From Octopus sinensis (taxonomy: Eukaryota), in assembly GCF_006345805.1 (NCBI RefSeq), contig NC_043004.1:86676001-86740000 (forward strand): DNA of 64,000 nucleotides, read 5' to 3'. This document shows, piece by piece, positions 1 to 13,500 of the stretch; within the stretch, counting starts at the first letter, position 1, and each line of letters opens with the position of its first letter. The notes beneath the pieces are model-generated. The model was not told the DNA's origin. It made no database searches and saw only the letters and a program-made list of their open reading frames with translations. The translations under genes and the position numbers were made by a program.

Positions 1-340
1 AGATAGAACTTGTGGAAGAGGGTGACCCAGGAAGATGTGGATGAAGTGTTGAGAGCTGATCTCAAGAAGATGAAAAAAAGACCTGGATGTCTGAAATTTT
101 GAAGTTCTTCAGAAGACCCACCCACCTCAGCAAAACTGAGTCCTGGAAGCACTGTGTACACTGTGCTCTCCACTCATGTTACATTGATTCACCCTGCCAC
201 CAATGAACCAAACAACCTCTCACTATGCTCCTACAGCCAACATCACCTTGTCATCTCTCGCCACCCTCCTGTCAACTGTATCATTACTATCCTACAAACT
301 CCCACCTGCTTCCCTCTCTCCTTCCCCGACTCATGGAAGA
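1..340 (+). mobile_element. RTE-clade LINE, 3' end of ORF plus pyrimidine-rich 3' UTR (decayed)
   Basis: Degenerate TCGRG*PRKMW...DLKKM, matching the RTE C-terminal GRPRKTW motif, followed by C/T-rich sequence. Boundaries approximate. Confidence 0.6.
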
Positions 341-384
341 AAAAGAAAGCAAAGAACAATATAAGATAAATATCAAGAGGTTTT

Positions 385-790
385 CTAATGTTGTGTGCAG
401 CATGAAGGCCAGGAGTCTGAAGTTTGCAACGGAATCAGAATGTCATTGGTGAAAAGTGTGTACATAATAACAGTGTGCTTGTCTTCAGTGATGCTAAGAA
501 GGAGGCAAAAAGCTTGGGTGAGAGAGATTACACCAAGAAGATTCAACAAAAGGAGCAGCCTTTGAAAATAATCACTATATGGTTGGAATAGTTATTAAGG
601 ATATGAAAACAGAGAAAGCAGCAAGACCATCAATAATAGTCAATGAGACACTAAAAATATCCAGTGAAGTAAGAAATGCACTAGTCACTCAGAGTTAAAC
701 ATAGTAGAGAAAGTGATCAGATCCAATGATTGTTGTAGCAATGTGATTATCAACTATAAGGACACTTGCCAGAAAGAATGTGAGATGAAA
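385..790 (+). mobile_element. RTE LINE internal fragment (linker / RT N-terminus), decayed
   Basis: IKDMKTEKAARPSIIVNETLKISSEV...NDCCSNVII; homologous to 47130-47400. Confidence 0.65.
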
Positions 791-1379
791 AGAAGTTTAG
801 GTTTATGCAAAGACTAATACTCTCTCTCTCTCTATGGGAAAGCTTTTCAGTAGAGGGCAAGCTATAAAGAATATCTTGGATAGACTTTCATGCTTTTTAT
901 TTTCTTATGGTTGCTAAGAAAACTAGGTTTAGCTAAATGAATGGATTGTTGCAGCTGTACATCCCATGTACAGAGATGCTCTTAGCAAAGAAAGAGCTGA
1001 CAAGTTTAGCGAGGAATTTAATACACAAATAGATAACCAACTTACGAATCATTAAAATTTTAAGGTATTTTGCAAATTTTAGCGTTGTAAAGAATATAGC
1101 TTGCAAATGATGTAAATAGGTAAAGTGTTAAATGTACAAGCACAAACTTCCTTTCCATAAAATATCAAGACAGGTAATCATTAATATATAAGAGTTCATT
1201 TTAACAACCAAATATATCACCCAACAATTCATGCTCTTAAAATGCATTTAAAGAAAAAAAAAATTTTTTAAAGATACAATTTAGAAACACTGAGAAGTAT
1301 TTCTAAATATTTCCCATATTTCAAGGTTAGTGAATCAGTTATGCAGCAAAAGATATTAGTTAAATTATAAACAATTTAC

Positions 1380-1507
1380 CTTTGTTCATGTAGAGTGGAC
1401 TGTATTTCAGCTATCCTAACTAATGATCTAGCTCGTTTTAATTCAACTGACACTTGGCTACATTCCAGGCTGCCAACCGTTAGACCTTCTTCCCAATAGC
1501 GTTTGGC
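1380..1507 (-). CDS. WAC: WAC exon, coiled-coil: [42 protein letters not shown](R)
   Basis: Acceptor ttgttgcag|GCC, donor AG|GTAAAT; 128 nt, phase 0 to 2. Matches human [43 protein letters not shown]. Confidence 0.93.
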
Positions 1508-4500
1508 CTGCAACAAAATATGATCATTATTAAATGGTCTTACTTGTTCATGCATACACACAGCAAATATAAAACTATCTATACAATATATTAGCAACTT
1601 AAATTGAAGCCATTTCTTTCTTTGTGAGTCAAGCACTAGACCACTTTGTTACTCTAAATTATTGATAGACATTTTACTGCAATTATTACAAGACATCTTA
1701 TCACAATTTCCATTTATTCTAGTCACTACAACAATGGATAAAGGATATGTACAGTTGAAGTATCAAAAAAAGAAGTAAAATCAATGCAGATTTAACCTCT
1801 TAGCATTTAAACTAGCCATATCTGGCCTCTCGCACCCACCCTACCATGCCGTTCTAAAAGTAAGCAAGCCTATCATTAAAATCTCAAAGCTTTGAAATAA
1901 AGCATCATTAATTTAAAACAATGATTAAATAAGCATTATGTTTGACAGAGTAATCTGAATGCTAAAGGGTCAACTAACATGATATTTAAGCAGCAATCAG
2001 TATTTGAATTACATAAAATATTAAGCAGAATTGCTCTAGATAACATACCTGTCTCTCTGCATGTTCTGTCTGCCAGCCTTGTACATGACCAATTAATTTG
2101 TCATTACAGTAATTGCTAAGTGAAGGTGGGAGTTCTACTGACAAGTCTTTCTTTTCAGAAACAGCTGAGAGTGCACTTGGTCCTACAGGTAGCTCTTTTG
2201 AACTGCTGGTACTTGGAGTAGGACTTCTGTTAAAATAAATACAATAAAAGTAAGAACTTCCAGGCATAGTTCACAATTAGAGTCTTAAAAGTACTATATT
2301 TACACATTATAAATTGCACACTTATTAAAAAAATTACAAAATTCTTGGATGATAAAAGTGGTGGAATACTGACTCAGTTTTCTCACTTCTTTCTGAATGT
2401 GGACTTTCCTTCCCCGATTCTTCTTCATGTGGTGGTGGATTCACATTCACTGGAGGGAGATGTGAGCTATCTGTACTCAGTGTTGGTGATTTCAGAGACT
2501 GTTGAGGTGAGGTATCAGCATGAGGAATTACTATTTTGGGAGATAAAACTGCTGAAGAAAATTGGAAAAATACATATCAATAACACTGCTTCAGTTATAT
2601 TATCAAAAAAAACACATTATTTTCAGGAACTTTTTTACAACAAAGACTATCTAAACTGATAACGTGCTTCATACAATATTCACAATATCCAGAGCATCAT
2701 TTGTACCAAACTTTACAATATGTTCTTCAAATTTTGTGTCATTACATCCTGAGTTCAAACTCTACTGTGGTCGACTTTACCTTTCACTCTTTCTGGGTCA
2801 ATAAAATACATACCAGTGTAGTACTGGAGTCAATATAATTGACTTACCCACTCCTGGCCTTGTACCAAAACTTGAAAGAAATACGTCTTTCAAATTTGAT
2901 TTTAAAGTTATTGTTTCTTAAATCATCAATATTAATTTCCACAATATTATTTATACTCTGGACAGCTGGACCTATCTACTTACTTCCCTCTCCTACTCAC
3001 AGGTATACATACAAGTATGTGTGTGAGAGAGAGATTAGATACATTCATTGGAAGTATATTGGCCTATAGACAAATTGATTTAAACTGTTTCTCAACAACA
3101 AACTGCATAGAGTATATATATATTCTAATAATTGTGTAGAGTATATATACTCTAATAATATATAATAAATTTCTGTTATGACTTTAAAACACCTTAGCAG
3201 TTAATCATTCCATTAGTTTTTATAAATATTTTATTTTCAAAATTTTTTTGACAAACATTTGACCATTTCATTCCATATCTTTTTGATTACTAAGAGCTGA
3301 TATGTTTGTTGATTAGTTTCTCCAGTCATGCTTTACATAGTAAGGAAAGAGGCAGGAGAGAGAGTAAAAAAGAAATAGTAGGCGAATTAACATAAGAAGT
3401 CCAGAGTGAGTGTCCATACTAAGCTTGGTGGTAGGCAATGAATAAAGGAAGCCCACACACACCCAAAGTGAAGGAGAAAAAAAATCATAAAGAAGGAAAA
3501 GTAAATGACACTAATATTTTTCTTTTGAAAATTTGCATTCATTTCATTATTTTGTATAAGCACCAAGACAATTGATGCAAGTTTAACTTATTATTGTACA
3601 TCTACCATACTTCCAAATATTTCTCATGATGATAAAAGTATACTTCCTAAGTTACTGGTCATATGACATGTAAAATTTGTGTGTGTGTTGATATAGATAT
3701 ATATAGCTATAGTTCATTCCACACTTGTTTTTCCAAGCTATCGTAGGTTGGACAAATACATATTACTGAGCCATTATTTTACCACCAGATGTCCTTCCTG
3801 TCACTAACTCTCACTTGCTTTTCTGGTTAAGGGACCTTTATTTCTACTTGCTTTCAAACATGCAGAGAAGAAGGAATTGGCAAGGAATTTCAACAAATGT
3901 CACCATTCTTAGCTGAATGCTTCTTATGCAAAGCACAGAACACAAACAAGCATTCACATACAATGGACCTCTACACAATTTCTACATACCAATTTCACTT
4001 ACAAGGAATGGCTGGCCTGAAGTACCACAAATAAGAACACAATGACAAAGTAAACTCTGTATCTCTATAGCCATGTCCACACCATACATACAGGAGATAT
4101 GCTTATAAATGAAATTAAATAGCTACCTAGTTATAACCTTTGGACAATATGAAATGATAAAAATGTGGAGTATCACAAGTACTCTCCCTCATATGAAATC
4201 AAATAGTAAGCATTGATTAGGGATGTCTTTTCATGGGGTGAAAATTAAATGTAAACATTTGCCAAACTATTATTTATATAATTTCAATTCTTTCTTCTGC
4301 ATTATTTTTTTATTTTATCAAATATTCTTTTACTGGTTTCAGCACAGGGCTGAGGTAATGCTGGTGCTAAGAATTCCAAAATGAAATCATATCAATATTG
4401 GTTTGCAGATAGTGTTATGTCAAAATATTGGGTTGTCCGGAGAGTTTGTACCGATTTATAGTAGCTACCTTTCGACTTATTTTAGAACATGGTTGAATCC

Positions 4501-7500
4501 ATAAAATAGGATTTGACTACACCTCCATTTAGAGCACAGTTTAAGCTATCTTTTCGTGGAAGAAGGATTATGTTCCTATAACCAGTGTCAATTCTGTAAC
4601 CTTTTAAAATGGAAGATAAGAAAGTTCATATTCGGCACTTGATGCTTTGGGAACCAGACAAAAATTGCTGCAGCTTGGCTGGGATGTGTTACCCCACCCT
4701 CCATATTCACCAGATATTGCTCCTTTGGATTTCCACTTATTCAGGTCTCTGCAGAATAGTCTTAATAGTAAAAATTTCAATTCCTTGGATGATGTAAAAA
4801 GATACTTAATGAATTCTTTGCCATGAAACCACCTCAATTCTGGGAAGAGGGCATTTTCAAGTTAAAGGAAAGATGGAGACTCATTGGAGCAACAAAATGG
4901 TTCATATTTGGTTGGTTAAAAATGTAATGGCAAGTATCTATTGACCTTTTTCTTTCTTTTAAAAATCAGCACAAACTTTCCAGACAACCCAATATTTCAA
5001 CTGAAACTTTATAACTGCTTTTATATGTGTTTTCATACTATTACACCAATACCTGAAACAACTGATAATTTCCAAACAGAGTTATTTATTAAGAAATATC
5101 TATTTATACCTTTCTAATCCCTTTTTAATCATCATTGATGTGTATATTTATACACAGCTGCATATAAATTCAGTTGACAAATCTCAGAGTTGTATAAAAT
5201 GGCCACATATACATCTAGCCAACAAATTGGGACAGAACCTAAAACCATGTGATTGGGATGCAAAATCCTAACCATACATCTACACCTCTGCCTATTCATT
5301 AGCATATTATCATTTTTGGTTCACCTTTCTTTCAGCACAAAAGGATTGTGCCTTTCATCTCTCCAGAGTTGATTTCTCTAGTTTACCTTCTTGCAACAAT
5401 GCCTGTGACAACACTGGCACCAAGCTCTATTTGCCTTGTTTTTCCCTTGGACATCAATGACATAGAGGGGAGAAGTATGCATGCATTGGCCACTGCCAAT
5501 CTTTCTCTATGTCTTTCATTTTATCTTAGTAATATTTTGCAAAACTCGTCACTTTTTTTACAAGTTAAAAAAATTTACCCGCTCCTAAATGTTTGACGTT
5601 CAAAACATGAAAACCTCCTCACAATCTTAACATTTTATACACCAGATTGGATTTTACACAAGTAAAGTTCAAAGATGACTTTCAAGATAGCTTTTAGCTT
5701 TGCTCAGGATCTATTATAATGCATTATAACAAATTTAGCGAAACCCTTTTTTCCGTGTATAACTTGAATATATTTATAAATATAATATGGATATAAAAAG
5801 TATTCAAATGTTTTGCAAATTTTAAGAGTTATTTCCCTTAGAATAACATCTCATACGTTCCCAATTCCGAAAACTGATTTTTAAGATTACCAGAGAAAAA
5901 ATATACTTACTGGTATGCTGTGTACTCATGGACAGCTGCCTAGATATGGCCTCTTGTAATTTCTGTAAAGTTTGTAATGCTATAACGGGAAAAATAAAAA
6001 ATAAATATGAAATAAAATATCCGAAAATACAGGGAAAAGAGGTGCCTGAAATAAAGAAAAGTTATTAAAGCAGCAGGGAAGGAGAGAGAGACGGGGGTGC
6101 AGCAAAGCTTTGCAAATAACACACTTAACAGCTTACAGCAGGAACATAAACTGGTTATTATCAATTAAATTTCCTCCTTTAACTTGTAGACTACTGTTGG
6201 TTACTTAAGGCCTACAACCATCTGCCAATATTACAATGCCAATGATAAATATCTCCACATTATTCCGTCCCAAAATCAAGGCCATAGCACTCTCATCAAA
6301 CCATTGGCATCCATTCCCCTCCCCACAATTTTCTATATTGGACAAATGCATCCTACTACTGCCCACTTAAATGATACAGGGTTAATAAAGTCCGCTGGCT
6401 TGAGAAAAGATTTACTGTTAATGAATTGATATTTTAGTATTTGGATGCAAAACTAAAATTGTTCTACGTAGAAGATTGCAACAAAATTAATTGCACTAAA
6501 AATCTGGCAGTAAGCTTGTCTAATAAACAATATTAAAATTAAAGTATTTATAATAAAAAAAAGGTTGTGTGCTGGCATTTGTATTTAGTATGCACATATA
6601 TAGTTTTTGATATGCCATGTTGTTCCAATGTCCATTTCAATGGACCATGACTGCAAACTAATTTGTAATGTTTGTCCTATTGATGCTTCATGCTTGTAAC
6701 CACGTTTGCAAACTCTCTCTTTGTTCAGCAATACCTGTTGCATATAGGAAACTTGTGTCTGTTATTAACTAAGTAGTTGTGAAACAACAGTCAACAACAC
6801 TGCCTTTCATCTGCTCAGTAATTCCACCAGGCCCTGGTTGTCAAATACAACTTGAAGGCTAGATTGACTAGCCTAACAAACTATGTGGAATAGGTTGTAG
6901 AAGACAGCCACCAAGCTCTTCAACTCAAAACACTTGAAGTTCCACAACACACACAAATTATCAATAGTTGTTGGTGATTAGACAACTGAATGAAACCATG
7001 AATGCAACATTGGTCGAATCTGCTGTTGGCAGCACATTCAACAGTATGAAGTGGTATCAAAAAGTTCCCAGACTAGTTCTGCAAGACAAGTGCATGCAAA
7101 GTGAGAGCTAGAAGTGACCTTCACCAGGCTGTGTGCTGAGTGACATTGCTACGTTTACTTCACAAGTTGTGAAATTTGTATTTTTGTGATCCCAAGTATG
7201 CTGTAGGCTGTGATTTCGTCATGAACAGGATATTGGAACAAAGAGTCAACATGAAACTTTTTGTGTTAAACTTAGGAAGTCTGCTACAGAGACATTGAGC
7301 ATGCTTAGGTAAGCTTATGGCAATGAGGCAATGGGTCGTACGCAATGTTTCAAGTGGCACGGGCACTTCAAAAGCACAAGAACATCCCTGGAAGACCACA
7401 AGCAATCTGGAAGATCTGCCATGAGCGTCACCCCTGGAAATGTGATAATGTGCATCAAGAATTTGTCCCTCGGGACCAGACTGTCAATTTAGAGTTGTTG

Positions 7501-10500
7501 TTTTTTAAAGACATTTTGAAGTATTTGAGGGAGGACATTCGGCGAAAGTGACAATCTATGGAGCCTGAAGAATTGCATTCTTCATGACAATGCACCCTGT
7601 CATCAAGCTCTCCTCATTCATGAGTTTCTCACCTAAAATAACATGGTATCACTTCCACACCCATCCTATTTGCCAAATTTAGCACCTGCTAAAGATGAAA
7701 ATGCAGCTCAAAAGTCACCATTCTAAAAATTGTTGTCAAGATCCAGAGTGAATCACAGGTCTTCAACTTGCTTATGGAAAATAACTTTCAGGCCGGATTC
7801 CAAAAGTGGTGAGAATGCTGGGACCAGTGTATTGCTGCACAAGGTGACTATTTTGAAGATGATGTTAAAACTTACGTAAATATGTTTTTATTAACCATAA
7901 CTAGTCAGGGAACCTTTTGACACTACCTCATATTATGGTTTGGCAATCTCTGCACTAATTGGGCAAACTAATAGTCATTGGGTATTCTTACTTTTTAAGA
8001 GTTGATTATACCATGAATATTAAAAGCACACTATTAAGCTGTTAAAAAATGTGCAAAACTATGCCAATAGTAGAACCTAGCTTTTGCAAAATGCAATTCA
8101 TCTTTTTATACCTACGAAATAAGTGGTAGGTGTAATAAGTATTTAAACATTAAGTTTGTGAGCAATGCAGTGAAGATGCAGACTGATACAACAGCAGTTA
8201 CGGCTCAAATATTTACAATATCACCTGGCCAGTGACAGAACTCAGTGGGTTGCAAATGATAAAATTGAACAAGAAGTACTGGCAAAACATATTTGCATTG
8301 ATAATAAACTTTACATGTAAATAGAACTATAAAAACAGTTTCAAGAAATATTTTTCGAATGGCTTTGCTTTGAAAATGCAAAATAGGCAAAAGGTTTGAA
8401 TGCCTAAGAAATAGATAAGGATATAATAGAGAGTGCAGCTTATTAAGTTAAAATTGCAATAGTCAGCTAGTCAGAAGGAGGAGAAGATACATAGAAAGAT
8501 ATGTAATCTGGCAGACAGGCAGGCGAAGTGCACAACTTTTTCTTTTTTCTTTTATTAATATTAATTGGAAGTGAGCAAAACATTAATGATTTTTGAAAAA
8601 CTAGTGGTTTAGTACTTTTGTTAGTCTAGAAAGAATTAAAATACATTTGCAATTTCCAATATCAACAAACTTTTATGGTGCAGCCAGAGATGGAATATAT
8701 GTAGCATGCATTTACTACAATTGTTGGTAGCTTAACTTTAATCCAATTCCAGTTTATTTTGTTTATATTTTCTGAAGGTATATATCAATACTAGTGTAAC
8801 CATCTACCCATAAGATTACCAGCAACAGTTCATTATCAATCTGTATCTCAATCATTTACTTCACATTGAATGTTTGTTTCATTTCTTCCTAGCTAATTAC
8901 TTCATGAGAACTTTGTTTCAAAAGCATTCCAGTCATGACCATCCAGTTTTCCCTTCTCTCACCAAACTATATCCAGGATCACATTACCCAGATTGCCCAT
9001 TCGTTTTTGAAAACGGCATTGTGTGATTTGAAGGTCTAGCTGCAATTTCTAGAAAGTTAAATGGCCATATATATCCCTTGCTGGCTCAACAGATTAATGT
9101 TTAGACACAAAAGTGCAATTTAATGTATTACTGTATTATATGACTCCTGTTAAATTATCAGATGGATTATCTGATTGGGCTTTTTTTTAGGATGAACGCA
9201 GGGTATTAGTGACAGACCAATAATAGATAAATTCAAATTTGTGCTTTCTAGTGGGTACCAATGGTAAATAATTAGCAGATGTCTTAAGTAGTAGTAAAAA
9301 ATAAGTTCAAGGAGTAATATATATAATAAAAGTATGGTGCTTTAGAGCAGCAAAGAAAGATGCACTGTGAATGTTTAGTTGAGGTAGTAGCCAAAAGGTT
9401 CATTGATTACAGGGCATATGAGAAATCTTACACATGCATGTGTGATTTATAAGTGCTAAAGTGAACACTGTATTAAGATATTTGAAGATATGACTTTACC
9501 TTTTACTTTTGTTATTGAGGTTTCTCTGTTAAGTTCTACAATTAAATTTAATAAACCGTTTAAAAATAGCCAAAACTTTGGAGAACACAAAATACACAAT
9601 GTTGAACAGTGTCCAACAACTGTTTATTAAGTGAAATCTCATGTTATCACTAATGTAATAATGAAGTTAACATTTTGATTTAAATATAAGTTTTAAAAAA
9701 AGACAAGTAAATATTTAAAAAATTTAAGAAAAATAGTTTGTACAGGAACTGACAATTTAATTCATGGCTTATTATTTGAATGAAAATTTCTTACTTAAAA
9801 AAAAAGAAAAGAAAAAAGAAAAAGAAAATTAAAGTTTTACATCCATTTTTCTCTATTGCTATCAGAACAATTTTGGAAATTTGGATATTATTTACATATT
9901 ACAGCAGCGAATACTTTATACGTAGTTTTGAAGAATGCACATTGCCCTCACTCAATAGATATTTAAACTTGTAACTTTGCACTCATTTATAACTTCCTTA
10001 GATTTTAAGCATCATGCAATAACTCAATTTTTCAAAGACTGATTGTAGTTATGTGTATGTGTGAGCAATACTATGAATGAATGTATGCCTCTCTCCTTAT
10101 ATAACAATATTTTAAATTGATAGCTGCACTTTAAGTACTGTTCACTACCATAAAAAAGAAATAATTTTCTGAATTAAAATGTTTGAAGAATAACGTTCTT
10201 CAAATAAAAGCTGTCTAAATTGTGCACTTACTCTTTGCCATGTTACCAAGATGATGTAGAATGGCTAAATGCATTTCAAACTGAATTCTTATCTCTGGCG
10301 ACTTTTGCAATTTCTTTTCTCCAGTACATAGAGTCGTAATTATTAATTACTAATTATTTAACAAGCAGAGTTGTCCAAAATAGAAAAGTGCCAAGTATGT
10401 TGGTTCTGAATTCAAATCCCAAATATCAACTCAAAATATGATTAAATAATTGGAGGATTTTTGCCCAGTTCACAGAAGCAAGAATATTGTTGTCGTATGA

Positions 10501-13500
10501 TTCTTTTTTACACATACTTACACAGTTTCAATCTTATTACAAGTGAGACAAAAAGTTAAAACTGTAATATTTTTTCACCTATTTCAGAGACATTAGCAAC
10601 CTTAGGGAATCAGTTCCAGTCGCTTACCAAAATACAACACCATATTTTGCACCTGTCTTTCTTGTAAAGAACATCACATTTATTTCTTACAAGAGAAATA
10701 GGATTGAGGGGAAAAAAGAAAAGAAAAAGCTTCAAACTGAAGCATTTTGATAATGCTTTGACATGGCTCCACTACTCATGAGAAAGAAGATGCAGGTCAT
10801 CTGTCCACACTGAGAATGTTTTCTATAAATGGTTTTTTGGTTTCCTATAATCTTACAAGGATGAAAATGATTTGAATCAAACTACAATATCCTTTACACA
10901 TTATGATCTGAAATACCTTGTGCAGTACCATGCTTCAATGCAGAACATCAAAGACTGTTCATATAACAATGGTATTCTGATACTTTGCATACCCATTGAT
11001 GGGTTTTTTTTTTTTTTAATGATGCTGAGCTGCTCAACCTGTAATTTCCTACTCATGATGTTTTATCCCAATAATACACTTTTCTATGATGGTTCACACT
11101 AATATACAAATATTTTAGGCATTTGAGTAATTGAGTCATCAATAACTCAATTACGAAAAATAGGTCACACGTTCCAATGTTAATGAATTCATACCATGAT
11201 GCCCAAAAGCTTCAACACATCATTGAAATCTTAAAGCCCTGTGATAATGCATGATTAATTCAAAACTACTCTGAATGCTAAAGGGTTACATGCATAAAAT
11301 TTTTACTTGTATTTTAATGTAGGCCATTATGGAGAAGCATCTTGTTGGACTACAGTACCATGGATAGAAAACTTCAGACTGGGAAATTCATTATTGAAAA
11401 CAAAAGACCATCAGTAGATATACAAACTTTCAGAACACTATTGCTAGACATTCTGTAAGAACCAGTTTTCATTATTCGATATTAAAGTATGACACTGCAC
11501 AAGGTATTTCAGACCAAAGTATGCAAGAATATTGGTTCATCCTCATCTTGTGATTGCAACAAACTTCTCATGAGTGATGAAACATATTTCCATAAATGAA
11601 CAATGCTTCCACTATTGGTCAGTCAACAAAGTACATAACCTTCACTGAGAACATAAGTGTAATGCTATGAAGACAATTTTGGTATAACAAAACCGTTTTT
11701 CTTTGAAGAAGGCTGACATGTAGTAAAAATGAATTGTGATCATTATGTGAACAAGTTGCACAACTTCCTTTTCCTAGAAATGGCCAGGGTATATGTGGAT
11801 ATTAAAGAAATATTTACTGAACATGTCGTTTCCTAGAGCCTACTTGATTTTTTATTATCTCCTTTGGAAGGAAATTGTTTGTCACATGATACACCAAATG
11901 AACTGAAAGTTGCTATTTATCAAAGAATTACAGCAATATCTACAAACATGGTGTGATGTGCAATGTAGAACTTTTAGGTTACAAATACATGTGAAAAACA
12001 ACAGGAAGTATTTAGGATACAATATTTTCAAGATTAAATGAATAATTATCAATATTTAATGAATGATACATTGTTCTTTACATTTAAACAGTAAAGGATG
12101 CAAATAGCTTATTTACCAACATTGTATTCATTCAAAAAAAGAGAAAAAATCTTTTTCTGTCAAAGTTTGTATGTGTGCATATGTGCATGTAAAAGAAACA
12201 CTGACGAAACCATCCCCAAATTTTTTTTAACCCATTACAGTGTCATGCAAAAAAAAAAAAAAACCTGCAAAATCTATCTGAACCGTTTTGATATTGTATT
12301 TCTATCAAAATACAATGCCTTTATTTCAATTAATTTTGATAAAAAGTTCAGGTAATTTTAAAACAGAAAATTCATATAGGGACATGAACAGCACAAACAC
12401 TTCTCCCATGCCTCACCCGTTATTTAAATTTTTTTTGAAATTATATAAAGATTCAATGTTCTCAATTCAGCAAGTTTGATTAAGTGCATTGAAACTGTAG
12501 AGCTTTAGATCACTGTAGCTTCTCAGCTAATATAGAATATACTTTTTTTTCTCTTCTTTTGTCTTCAGTTTTACTTCTCTCACTGTAAGAGTAAACTCTG
12601 TGTGAGTGCATGTACGCACAAGAGAACAAAAGATATATGCTGACAAAGAAATCAATAATAGTGTATCAAACAAAAATACTCATATTCTGCAAGAAGCACT
12701 CACTTGTTATTCACATCATCAGAAACGCAGTGAAGTAGTAACATGCCATACAAAACCTAACTAATGACACTATTGTTCATAAAATGTCTGATGTTAAATA
12801 CATGAAATAAGGAAAGGGAAAGCTGAATCCTTAAAATTCATGTTTTCTAGGACAACAAAAGCCTTATAAATGAATTTGCTAGACAGAATCTGAATGATGC
12901 ATGTCATGTACCTGCACACAGATGCATGTTCCTTACTTGATACTGCACGTCAAAGTTGTAAACAAGTGTCACCATTTAGCAGTCATTTGTTTCTGCTTTT
13001 CTGTGGGAACATATCTAGCCCTGGCAGAGTATTACCTTGCTTGAAAACAGGCAACGGTTGGTGACAAGAAAGGCACCTGACCAAAGAACATCTTCCTCCA
13101 TGAGTTATGTCTAACCCAAGCAAGCATGGAGAAGTGAAAGCTATGATAATGATGAAGAATACACATTTTTCTCCACATTCTTAACCTAAAAATTATAGAT
13201 GTGCCGTACATGTGAGAAATGTTACCCATTTTCTAGCTGTATGAGCAAGGCCGTCGTACTCAGGAAGGTATAAGTTATAACTGCTGTTCAAGCTAGATGA
13301 TGTGTAATGAGTTTAAATGACTATAATGCTATCTTCTTCTATAATAGTGATAATACATTAAATGTTCTTTAGATTTCATAAGTATGCTCATAAAATTGTA
13401 TTGCTAAAGGCTGCTTACTATTTTCCAAACAAACGATTCAAAAATAAAATATAAAACCATAATGGAAAGAGCAAAATGACAATATGTACTTAGTTTCTGT

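Noticed and set aside
1-1379. Search for the final WAC exon (ILFLRQQIKELE-like, phase 2)
   Set aside because: No matching minus-strand exon was found here; it probably lies left of the window.
8985-9050. Possible minus-strand exon [16 protein letters not shown]
   Set aside because: Poor polypyrimidine tract, and its phases (1 to 2) do not fit the chain.
9380-9390. TGAGGTAGTAG, identical to the first 11 nt of let-7
   Set aside because: The match stops at 11 nt, the rest diverges, and there is no evident precursor hairpin.
13032-13229. 65-aa minus ORF with apparent splice sites
   Set aside because: It is the antisense reading of a SINE/RTE tail remnant and has no WAC-like content.
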